64,000 nt of DNA from Dictyoglomus sp. (GTDB lineage Bacteria; Dictyoglomota; Dictyoglomia; Dictyoglomales; Dictyoglomaceae), in NCBI GenBank assembly GCA_025060475.1, contig JANXBZ010000009.1:31406-95405 (forward strand). The letters run 5' to 3'. The notes below the pieces were generated by a model. The model was not told where the DNA came from and searched no databases. It worked only from the letters and a program-made list of their open reading frames with translations. Shown here in pieces: positions 35,599-44,346 of the stretch (within the stretch, counting starts at the first letter, position 1; every line of letters begins with the position of its first letter). Made by a program: the position numbers and the translations under genes.

Positions 35599-38500
35599 CT
35601 ATTCAACTCCTTCTTTTAAGATTTCAAGAAACTTTTGAGATATTTCAGGATCAAACTGTTTTCCCATATTGTTTTTAATTTCTCTTATTATCTCCTTTTT
35701 AGATAAAGCTTTTCTATATGGTCTATCTGATTTCATTGCGGAGTATGCATCCGCTATAGCAAGAATTCTTGCTAAAATTGGTATTTCTTCTCCCTTTAAA
35801 CTTTGAGGATATCCTTTTCCATCATATCTTTCATGATGATACAAGATTGCCTGTAATAATTTTTCCATTTTTGGTAACTGATTTAAAATTAGATAGCCTA
35901 ATTTGGGATGTTCCTTTATAATTTGCCATTCCTCCTCATCTAAGGAGCCTGGTTTTCTAAGTATATTGGAAGGAATTCCTATCTTTCCTATATCATGAAG
36001 TTTTCCTGCAAGATCTAAAACTTCTAAATCTTCTTTGGAAAGTCCCAATTTCTTGCCAATCTTTACTGCATACTTTGCCACATCTTGAGAGTGTACAAAG
36101 GTATAATTATCCTTGTTGTCGATAGCTGTAATTAATCCTAAAAATACATCAAAATTGGGAACTTGAACTGCTTTTTCTGGAATTTTTGCTTGAGAAGATA
36201 TAGTGATATATTGCTCTCCACCTAAAGTTTTTGCTTTATACATAGCAGTATCCGCTAAGGTTAATAATTTACGAGGATCATCGGTATCAGTAGGGTAAGA
36301 GGCAATACCTAAACTTATTTTTATAGGTATCTTCTCGTTATTAGGAGTTATTACAGATTTTTCTTTTAATTTTTTTAAAATTCTTTCAGCAACTTTTACT
36401 GCTCCTTCCAAAGGAGTTTCGGGGAGTATAATAGCAAACTCATCTCCCCCATATCTTCCAACAATATCAATTCTTCTACAGGATTTTTTAATTAAACTGG
36501 CAAGCTCTTTTAGTACTTCATCGCCAAAAGTATGTCCATAGGTGTCATTAAACAATTTAAAATCATCAACATCAATAATAATAACAGAAAGAGGATGAGG
36601 ATATCTTTGAATTCTTAAAATCTCTTTTTCAAAATTTTCTTCTAAAGCTCTTCTATTGAAGATTCCCGTTAGTGGATCAATAGTAGCAAGTTTTTTAGTT
36701 TCTTGAAAGAGACGAGCGTTCTCAATAGCAATAGAAAGGAAATGGGATATAGTGGTCAATAGACTTATACTTTTATCTGAATATATTTCTCTTTGAGTAT
36801 TATGTTTTAGAACTAAAGCTCCAATAGATTTTTTTCCTGAGATTATTGGGATGCACAAAAAAGATTTTGTTTTTCCTCTTAGATTTTTCTTAAAAATGTA
36901 GGTTCTATTTTTTAAGGCATCCAAAATTATCGATTTATCTTTCTTTGTTAATTTTTCCTTTTCATCTCGAATATTTTTAGAAACAATCTCAAGTTTTTCG
37001 CCACAGGAACCATTACACAAAATTAAGTAAAAAGCGGAAAAATCAAAAAGCTTAGGAATCTCTTTAGAAATAAGATTAAAAATTACTTCCAATTCTATAG
37101 AAGAAGTAATTGTACTGCCTATCTCATTTAATATAGAAAGTTCATTGATATACTCTTCAAGTTCTTTCTCATATTTTTCCCTTTCTTCAAAAAGTAATGC
37201 TCCTTGAATTCCTGCACTTATTTGAGTTCTCAAAATTTCATATACTATCCCTAGTTGGGGACCCAATTCAAAAAGGGCGTAGCCAAAATAATTTTCCTGA
37301 TAATAAAGAGGTTCTATCATAAAAGTAACTCTTTTTTTGGGAAGTATTTCCCTAGGAATAATATCTTCTGAAGGATCGTATGTTATACTTTTTTCTTCGC
37401 CGTTGTATTTACAAACTAATTCTGCTGTATGGGGTTTTCTATTGTCATATAAAATTATATAAAAACTTTTTATCCCTAAGTTTGGGATATTTTCCCTTAT
37501 TTGTCTTAATATGTTATCTATTTTAAAACTTGAAATTAAATTTATTCCCGTGTTGGCTAAAAGGACTGATTGCTCCTCCAATTTTTTTCTTCTATAACCT
37601 TGAATTCTTTCTCCATAATCGCTTAATATAACCCTTGCCTGATGATATAAATTCTCTAAGAAGAATTGATCTTTATCTAAATAAGTAAACAAAAATCTTC
37701 TTAGAAGAGATATATATTCCTGAAAAATATTTATAAAAGGAATAGACTTTTCTTTTAGTTTTAAAATTTTCTCTAAAGTGTTGAGGAAATATGTAGGATC
37801 TTTTTTATCCAAAGCATAAATAAAACTTCTATATATCTCAACTAGAAAACCCTCATCAACTTTTCCTATGTTATTTTCAACATATTTGATAAACTCTCTT
37901 TCTAAACTTAAAAAATCAGAGGAATGTAATAATATTTCTTTTTTATTCTCTATTTTTGCTCTCTCAATAGCAGGAAAGCTACATCCGCAAGAATTTCTAA
38001 TAATTAAATTAGTAGGAAGAAATACAACTTCAGAAAAACTTTTTTTCGAAAGCATATTAAGTATAATTTCTATTGCCTTCCATCCCATATCCTTTAAAGG
38101 CTGTTCAACAGTGGTAAGAGGAGGGGTTATGAAACTTGCTTCTTCTATATTATCAAATCCAGTTACCTTGATATCTTCAGGTAAGATATATCCCCTTTCT
38201 TTAAGTTCTTCTATAGCTCCCAATGCCATCTCATCATTTGATGATACAATAACATCGAAATTTATCTTTCTTTCATCTAAAAAGGATTTAACTGCTTGTC
38301 TTCCAGAATTATAAATAAAATCTCCATAAAAAATATTTTGAGAAGGAATCTCAATATTATAACTTCTTAGGGTATCTAGAAATATTTTATATCTTATTTG
38401 GGCTTCCATATTGTTAAGGGGACCAGTGATAAATGCAAATCTTTTATAACCATGATCTTCAATTAAATGTGATAAAAGATTTCTAAATCCTGATTCATTG

Positions 38501-38841
38501 TCTATAATTATGCTGGTAATACCTTCTATAGGAAGCCCAATACTTACCGTGGGAATTTGAGAGGAATATTTTTGGCAGAATTTTGTTATCTCTTCCAATG
38601 TAGTGTCGGAACTTAAAGCAGAAGAAAATATTATTACTCCATCTACATTTTTTGGGGAAACTAAGTTATATATTAAATTTCCCTGTTTTTCGTAGTCTCG
38701 AGGAGAATTTAGAGTTTTTCCTGTAAAGCAGTAAATATCAACATTATAATACTCTCCTGCAGAAAATATCCCTGAAAGAATATTCCATTGATAATCATAT
38801 AAATTATCTACAATTACTCCTATTCTTTTTCTTTCTTCCAT
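35599..38841 (-). CDS. Multidomain c-di-GMP protein: LacI-type sugar-binding (PBP) domain, GAF, GGDEF, HD-GYP
   Basis: N-terminal RIGVIVDNL...SSNDEMALGAIEEL...VTGFDNI (periplasmic-binding fold without HTH). GAF-like ~560-700. GGDEF domain with RYGGDEF and I-site RRID five residues upstream. HD-GYP with HDIGKIGIP and HHERYDGKGYP. Confidence 0.85.
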   Translation of the reverse strand: MEERKRIGVIVDNLYDYQWNILSGIFSAGEYYNVDIYCFTGKTLNSPRDYEKQGNLIYNLVSPKNVDGVIIFSSALSSDTTLEEITKFCQKYSSQIPTVSIGLPIEGITSIIIDNESGFRNLLSHLIEDHGYKRFAFITGPLNNMEAQIRYKIFLDTLRSYNIEIPSQNIFYGDFIYNSGRQAVKSFLDERKINFDVIVSSNDEMALGAIEELKERGYILPEDIKVTGFDNIEEASFITPPLTTVEQPLKDMGWKAIEIILNMLSKKSFSEVVFLPTNLIIRNSCGCSFPAIERAKIENKKEILLHSSDFLSLEREFIKYVENNIGKVDEGFLVEIYRSFIYALDKKDPTYFLNTLEKILKLKEKSIPFINIFQEYISLLRRFLFTYLDKDQFFLENLYHQARVILSDYGERIQGYRRKKLEEQSVLLANTGINLISSFKIDNILRQIRENIPNLGIKSFYIILYDNRKPHTAELVCKYNGEEKSITYDPSEDIIPREILPKKRVTFMIEPLYYQENYFGYALFELGPQLGIVYEILRTQISAGIQGALLFEEREKYEKELEEYINELSILNEIGSTITSSIELEVIFNLISKEIPKLFDFSAFYLILCNGSCGEKLEIVSKNIRDEKEKLTKKDKSIILDALKNRTYIFKKNLRGKTKSFLCIPIISGKKSIGALVLKHNTQREIYSDKSISLLTTISHFLSIAIENARLFQETKKLATIDPLTGIFNRRALEENFEKEILRIQRYPHPLSVIIIDVDDFKLFNDTYGHTFGDEVLKELASLIKKSCRRIDIVGRYGGDEFAIILPETPLEGAVKVAERILKKLKEKSVITPNNEKIPIKISLGIASYPTDTDDPRKLLTLADTAMYKAKTLGGEQYITISSQAKIPEKAVQVPNFDVFLGLITAIDNKDNYTFVHSQDVAKYAVKIGKKLGLSKEDLEVLDLAGKLHDIGKIGIPSNILRKPGSLDEEEWQIIKEHPKLGYLILNQLPKMEKLLQAILYHHERYDGKGYPQSLKGEEIPILARILAIADAYSAMKSDRPYRKALSKKEIIREIKNNMGKQFDPEISQKFLEILKEGVE

Positions 38842-39050
38842 GCTTAATGTTATAACTTAAGTTTCAGAGTCTATTATATCATAAGTCCCCTTCCCCCCAA
38901 ATCTTTAGTTTTAATTTAAAACAATCCATATGATTTTCAAGAGAAGTCCTTCATAGGATACTTATAAGATCTTGTTTTTAAATATCTGATATTTTATTAG
39001 TTTCCCTTTTAAGAGAAAATACGAGTTAAACAATAAAAATAGTATGTAAA

Positions 39051-39473
39051 TTATTTCACATTAATTATTTTTTCTTCGGGAGATATTTTAAATACAGAAA
39101 AAGGAGTTCCACCAGCGCACCATATTTCATTATAATCAAATAAATCTTCATCATGACCAAAAGGAGGGACTCCCCCAATTATATATCCCGTTTTTTCCTT
39201 TACAAATTCAGCATCACCCTTTTTTATGGGTTCGCCTACTATTTTAGATATTTCTGCTTCATTTATTCTATTTTTTCCACTGGCAATTACAAGATAAGGT
39301 TTCTCTGAATTTTCTCCTTTAAAAATAATTGATTTTCCTATTTGAGTCACATCACAACCTATAGCGTCTGCCGCCTCTTTTGAGGTCCTGGTAGATTTTG
39401 AAAATTTTTTAAATTCATAATTATTTTTTGATAAGTATTCCAAATTCTCTTTGACGAGATTATAAAACTCCAT
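39051..39473 (-). CDS. YbaK/EbsC-type aminoacyl-tRNA deacylase domain protein
   Basis: SKEAADAIGCDVTQIGKSIIFK...GGVPPFGH...CAGG pattern of YbaK/ProX editing domains. Somewhat short at 140 aa. Confidence 0.6.
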   Translation of the reverse strand: MEFYNLVKENLEYLSKNNYEFKKFSKSTRTSKEAADAIGCDVTQIGKSIIFKGENSEKPYLVIASGKNRINEAEISKIVGEPIKKGDAEFVKEKTGYIIGGVPPFGHDEDLFDYNEIWCAGGTPFSVFKISPEEKIINVK

Positions 39474-39476
39474 TTT

Positions 39477-39815
39477 GGTAGTAAATGAGGATAATACTTT
39501 CTCATAGCTTTTTCTGCCTCTGTAAAATTTCCTCCGATAGTATTAAAACTTTCTGTATATATTTCAGTCTATATCTCTTAAAACTAAGTCAGATTTAGTA
39601 AGGATACTCTGATAATATTTCTAATTTTTTTTAGCTGATACCTTTCTTCTAAAGGTTGATAAGGATCAGTTACAGTTCCAATATAGATATTTTCTGATAT
39701 CTACAAATCCTTTCTATTTCTGCATAAATCTTGCATAGCAGTAAAGACATGAACGAGCACATCCCACATAGGGATTTATAACCCAGCCACCTTGAGGAAA
39801 CCCACATTTTGCTAT
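39477..39815 (-). pseudogene. Remnant of a radical-SAM (SplB / DNA-repair-photolyase-like) gene
   Basis: GWVINPYVGCARSCLYCYARFMQK* carries CX3CX2C in the NPY.GC...C.YCYAR context. After a frameshift comes IGTVTDPYQPLEERYQL, then LTKSDLVLRDID in a third frame. The C-terminal half is absent. Confidence 0.6.
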
Positions 39816-39822
39816 TGCATTT

Positions 39823-40516
39823 TTACAATTTATCTAGACTTTCCACAGCTTTTCTCAAAGAATCTTCATAATTTGGAAGATCGTCCATATTATATAATTC
39901 TAAAATATAATTTCTTAATACCGAATATAATGGTCTCTTTGCAGGTGCTTTATAATCTTCAGGAGTTATGGGAATAATTTTTTCCTTTGAGAGACCTAAA
40001 AATTCTGCTACTTTGCAAGCAAAACTATATCTTGTTATAGTTCCCTTGTTCACAATATGATAGGTACCATAAAGTTTTTTCTCTGAAAGCTCTCTTATTT
40101 TCCTAACAAGGTCATAGGCATAGGTACAGGATGCAAAATGATAGTTTGTAAATCTTAGTTCTTTTTTTTCTTTTAAATTTTGATAAATCTGAGTTAAAGC
40201 ATTATTTCCATATTCTCCAAATACATATATGGAGAATCTTTATCTCCTGAGAATACGTAATCAGTACTAATATATATTAAAGGAATATCCAAAACAGAAC
40301 AAGAAATAGCTATATGTTTAGTACCTAAGGCATTGACTTTCCATGCTAAATCAGGATTTTCCTCGCATATATCAGGAGATCTTATGGCAGCAGGGTGAAT
40401 AACTAAATCAGGTTTTAAATTGATAATCTTTTCAAAGGAATGATCTCTTGATCTTTAAAGATCTCTCTTAAATAAGAACCTAAAAATCCTTGTGCTCCAG
40501 TGATAAGAATTTTCAT
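39823..40516 (-). pseudogene. rfbD: dTDP-4-dehydrorhamnose reductase, disrupted by frameshifts and internal deletions
   Basis: MKILITGAQGFLGSYL (ATG 40516), then a stop. Frame 2 gives PDLVIHPAAI...YISTDYVFSGDKDSPY. Frame 3 gives FGEYGNNALTQIYQNLKEKKELRFTN...YHIVNKGTITRYSFACKVAEFLG...PAKRPLYSVL. The YxxxK catalytic segment is missing. Confidence 0.8.
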
Positions 40517-40520
40517 AGAT

Positions 40521-41636
40521 TTATACTCTATTCCAGCCTAATTTTTCAAGATTTTTAATTTTTCCCTCTTCATCTCCTAAGATAATTACAAAGTGATTTC
40601 CAATAGGGTTATTTAAAAAGGATTCATCTTCAATTTTGACTGTAATCTGTGTCCTGCACATATTTTCTATAAATGGTTTCTCCAAAACTTCGCCCTTTAT
40701 CACTTTGAATTTTTTGTCCTTTCCAAGTCTTAATATGGTTATCTTATCTGAGTTTATATATCCTTCTATTCCTACACTACTTAAGGTTTCGAAATGGGTA
40801 TTTAAATTAAAGTATTCAGGTATATTTATTGCAATGGTACAATGGGCAAAAGTATAATTATTATTTTCAATTTTGGCTAAGTTTGCCATGAAAGGAGTTT
40901 TTCCAGTAAGTTTATGGGCAAAAATCATAGTAGCAAGAGCTTCTGTATCTCCTTCACAGCTTGCAATTGTTCCTTCAGAATTTAGCAAAGAAAGAGCAAG
41001 ACAACCTGTAATTTTTAAATTTAATGCTAAATCAAAACATCTTATAGTTAGAGCAGAAAGATTGTATTTTTCTATAACTTTTTTTAGAGATGTGTAAATC
41101 TTTGTAGCTTTTAATAGATTTTCTTTAGGAATTTTTCTCTCTTTTGCCATATTCCATATCTTTTCTGCTATGCTGGGATCTTCTTTTAAGTTTTCTTCTA
41201 CTTCTTTTAAGGATATATCGATGGGTTCTAAGCCTAAGTTTGTTAAAATCTCATAATTTCTGCTTTTGATTAACCAGTCACTTGGCTTTCCTATAATTCC
41301 AACTTTTTTTCCTTTTAATTCATCGAATGCTCTAAGAATTTCCATTATTTTTTCATTAGGATCTGGAATTAATATGGTCTTTATTCCTTTTTCTATTGCA
41401 TAAGCTTGTACTTCTAAGCTTGCAGCAAGACCATTAGCAGTACCAAAAGGAATGATATAAATTCCATCCTTTAAGTACTTAAGAGATTCTTCTTCAGTTC
41501 CTCCCGTAAGAAGTATGATAGCATCAGGATTATCACTTTCTTCTAATTTTATATATTTACCTAAGTACTCTTTTGCTTCTTTTAATTTTTCTTCAATACT
41601 ATATGCGATGGGACTTAATAGAAATTTTACTTTCAT
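40521..41636 (-). CDS. FucI/AraA-like sugar isomerase family protein (uncharacterised short form)
   Basis: 371 aa. Rossmann-like N-terminus, then ...LTIRCFDL...TIASCEGDTEALATM... resembling the CEGD block of L-fucose/L-arabinose isomerase-related proteins. Pattern-level call only. Confidence 0.4.
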   Translation of the reverse strand: MKVKFLLSPIAYSIEEKLKEAKEYLGKYIKLEESDNPDAIILLTGGTEEESLKYLKDGIYIIPFGTANGLAASLEVQAYAIEKGIKTILIPDPNEKIMEILRAFDELKGKKVGIIGKPSDWLIKSRNYEILTNLGLEPIDISLKEVEENLKEDPSIAEKIWNMAKERKIPKENLLKATKIYTSLKKVIEKYNLSALTIRCFDLALNLKITGCLALSLLNSEGTIASCEGDTEALATMIFAHKLTGKTPFMANLAKIENNNYTFAHCTIAINIPEYFNLNTHFETLSSVGIEGYINSDKITILRLGKDKKFKVIKGEVLEKPFIENMCRTQITVKIEDESFLNNPIGNHFVIILGDEEGKIKNLEKLGWNRV

Positions 41637-41639
41637 TTT

Positions 41640-42077
41640 CCTATTCCTTTCTTAATAATTTTAAATATTCTGCCATTTGTCTTCCCAACATTCTGCATGC
41701 TTTTTGTTCCAATTCTTTAGGAAATCCTAATTCATAAGAATAGCAAGAATAGAAAATAATGTTGCCTCATTTCCCCCTCCCAATCCTCCAGAGGAAGAAA
41801 AGGCTGTTCCAATCTTTCCCTTCACTTTTCCCCATGCAACTTTTACACTTTCATCAAAAAATTTTTTCAATTTCCAAGTAAGAGTACCACAGTACGCAGG
41901 AGAACCTACAATAATTCCATCACAGTTTAAAAGATCTTCGGGGACTGCGTCATCTACATGTTTTACAACCACATCTACTCCTTCTACTTCCTTTATGCCT
42001 TCTGCTACCTCTTCTGCCATCTTTTTTGTATTTCCTGTAAAACTGTCGTAAATAATAAGTACTCGATACATAAGCAT
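41640..42077 (-). pseudogene. Flavodoxin/WrbA-like FMN protein, probably truncated by an internal deletion and frameshift
   Basis: VLIIYDSFTGNTKKMAE...IIVGSPAYCGT...GTAFSSSGGLGGGNEATL is the flavodoxin-like fold. The frame stops at 41727 (LAILMN*) where HGM..VG is expected. A typical C-terminal tail (GFPKELEQKACRMLGRQMAEYLKLLRKE*) continues in another frame to 41640. Confidence 0.5.
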
Positions 42078-42097
42078 TATTCCTCATTTATTAAAAT

Positions 42098-43129
42098 TTA
42101 ATTCTGCAAATGTCCATACATAGTAAATCCAGCAGTAGGATAGACAAATTCTAAGAGCAAGCCTGTATTAGGCTCATATAAACTCTGGCCTAATGGTTGT
42201 CCTGATAAATATAATACTACTAATACTTCTCCCCTTTGTCCATATCCTGCAGTATCTAGGGAAAATCCAATTTGAGGTATGGAAATTATAGTTTTTCTCT
42301 TTAAAAGGGCAGGATTTATATAAAAAGGTCCAAAAAATCTATCTCCTATGCCTGTAGTTGTTCGAGTTATATTCCCCCAATAATTAATTTGATAAATTGC
42401 AATATTTCCTTCCACATTTAATAGTCTATAATTAACATTACTTAAGGGTTGAGTTATCCCCATAATTACACTATACAAGGCATAAGATACATTTCTTTTT
42501 GCTATATCAGGAAGACTTAAATTTGGTAAATTTAAATTATAAATTCCTACTAAAGTTTTTCTTCCTGCTTCTCCTCCTCTAGGATTTTTACGAGTTATTG
42601 TGGAGAGCTGAATTATTCCTTCACTGGTAAATTGTTCTGAAGTGGTTGTTATCTCGTCTTGGGACTGGGTTGTTACTGCAAAGTAATAAAGATCTTTTCC
42701 TATGGGTCCTCCTTCTACTATAATTCCATTTTGAGCGTAAAAATCTCTTTCTTTTAAGGTTTGTTCTACAATTTTAGGATGTACATATAATCCTACGCCA
42801 GGAGTGTTGAGTAGTAAAATATTTGAATTTATTATCCATTCTCTTGTGCGAGAGTCTCTGAATATTTCATATTTTATTCCATATACTCTATCCTTTTGAA
42901 TAGTTGTAACTATATATATGCTGTATCCTGCCATAATACCTGCAGAACTTTCTGCTCCTATTCCTACTCTTGTACCAACCTCTGTGTTATATACTACACA
43001 AGTTCCCTCTCTTATCCAAGAGGGAATGGGCATAAGGATTTCCTTTCTTGGAAAGGTATCAGTACTCTGAGGAAAAGAGGAAGAAAATATTAACAGAGTA
43101 ATAACTAGTATTAAAAATAAATTTTTCAT
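42098..43129 (-). CDS. Secreted hypothetical protein
   Basis: Signal peptide MKNLFLILVITLLIFSSSFPQ. Beta-rich composition, no motif recognised. Confidence 0.5.
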   Translation of the reverse strand: MKNLFLILVITLLIFSSSFPQSTDTFPRKEILMPIPSWIREGTCVVYNTEVGTRVGIGAESSAGIMAGYSIYIVTTIQKDRVYGIKYEIFRDSRTREWIINSNILLLNTPGVGLYVHPKIVEQTLKERDFYAQNGIIVEGGPIGKDLYYFAVTTQSQDEITTTSEQFTSEGIIQLSTITRKNPRGGEAGRKTLVGIYNLNLPNLSLPDIAKRNVSYALYSVIMGITQPLSNVNYRLLNVEGNIAIYQINYWGNITRTTTGIGDRFFGPFYINPALLKRKTIISIPQIGFSLDTAGYGQRGEVLVVLYLSGQPLGQSLYEPNTGLLLEFVYPTAGFTMYGHLQN

Positions 43130-43205
43130 TTTTCTCTCCTCCTATAATGAACTTTAATTAGATTTTATAATAATTATAATTTGTAAATCAAGTTTTTAAT
43201 AAATC

Positions 43206-43233
43206 TTGACTTTAAATAATTTTTTTGTATAAA
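43206..43233 (+). promoter_or_regulatory. sigma70-type promoter TTGACT-16-TATAAA upstream of the LacI-family gene
   Basis: TTGACT 43206-43211 and TATAAA 43228-43233, seen directly. Confidence 0.45.
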
Positions 43234-43247
43234 ATTAAAACCAAAGA

Positions 43248-43265
43248 AACTTAAACGGTTAAGTT
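43248..43265. promoter_or_regulatory. LacI-type operator AACTTAAAC|GGTTAAGTT (one mismatch from a perfect palindrome)
   Basis: Lies between the promoter and ATG 43269. Shares the TTAA(A/C)CGGTTAA core with the site at 44317. Confidence 0.5.
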
Positions 43266-43268
43266 AAT

Positions 43269-44282
43269 ATGAAAAAGGTTAAAAATAAGCTTACAATTAA
43301 CGATATTGCCAAAATTGCAGGGGTTTCTAAGGGTGCAGTTTCCTACGTATTAAACAACAAGCCTGGAGTTAGTGCAGAGGTTAGAGAAAAGATTCTTCGC
43401 ATTATAGAGGAATATGGATATAAACCCAATAAATTGGCTCAAGCTCTGGCAGGAAAGAAAACAAATTTTATAGCTCTCATAATACCTGATATTAGTGATG
43501 TTTTTTATGCAAAAATTATAAAGGGAGTTGAGAAAACTTTAAGTAAAAATGGATATTATTTAAATCTATATGGTACCCATGCAAATCCTGAAAAGGAGCA
43601 TCAGGTTTTTGAGTTTTTAAATACAGGCTTTGTGGATGGAATAATAGTTATGGCTTATCATATTGAGAAAAGTTTTGTTAAATGGATATCAAGCTCTAAT
43701 ATTCCTGTGGTTTTTATAGACTATCCCTATGATCATGATGTCTATTCTGTAATTGTAGATAATGAAGAGGGGGGATTTAAGGCGACAGAATATCTTATAA
43801 ATTTAGGTCATAAAAAAATTGTCTTTATCCATGGATCAAAGGATTCATGGGATAGTGATCTTAGATTTAAGGGTTATTTAAAGGCTTTAGAAAAATATAA
43901 TATTCCCTTTAATGAGAGTTTAGTTGTAAGAGGGGATTTTACAAGGGAAGGTGGATACAAAGCAATAAAAGAAATTTTAGATTCTGGAGAAAAATTTACT
44001 GCAGTTTTTTCTGCCAATGATCATATGGCTTTGGGAGCTATGAAAGCTTTAAAAGAAAAAGGATTAAGAATTCCAGAGGATATCTCCATTATAGGTTTTG
44101 ATAATATAGAGGCCAGTGCCTTAAGTAATCCCCCTCTTACTACAATAATGCAACCTATTTATCAATTAGGGGAGATGTCCGCTAAGATTCTTTTGAGGCT
44201 TCTTTCTGGAGAAAATTTAGATCAAAAAAGATTTTTGTTAAAAACTCAACTTATTGAGAGAAAGTCTTGTAGTAAAATTTAA
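43269..44282 (+). CDS. LacI-family transcriptional regulator
   Basis: HTH TINDIAKIAGVSKGAVSYVLNN, then a sugar-binding fold (...FSANDHMALGAMKAL...IIGFDNIE). Confidence 0.9.
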   Translation: MKKVKNKLTINDIAKIAGVSKGAVSYVLNNKPGVSAEVREKILRIIEEYGYKPNKLAQALAGKKTNFIALIIPDISDVFYAKIIKGVEKTLSKNGYYLNLYGTHANPEKEHQVFEFLNTGFVDGIIVMAYHIEKSFVKWISSSNIPVVFIDYPYDHDVYSVIVDNEEGGFKATEYLINLGHKKIVFIHGSKDSWDSDLRFKGYLKALEKYNIPFNESLVVRGDFTREGGYKAIKEILDSGEKFTAVFSANDHMALGAMKALKEKGLRIPEDISIIGFDNIEASALSNPPLTTIMQPIYQLGEMSAKILLRLLSGENLDQKRFLLKTQLIERKSCSKI

Positions 44283-44316
44283 ATTTTTTTCCTTTTAAGA
44301 TTTAATTTTTTTTAAA

Positions 44317-44334
44317 TTCTTAACCGGTTAAGAA
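44317..44334. promoter_or_regulatory. Perfect 18-bp palindrome TTCTTAACC|GGTTAAGAA, LacI-type operator upstream of the GH94 gene
   Basis: Seen directly. 13 nt upstream of ATG 44347, adjoining the RBS AAGGAGAGG. Confidence 0.55.
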
Positions 44335-44346
44335 AGGAGAGGACTA

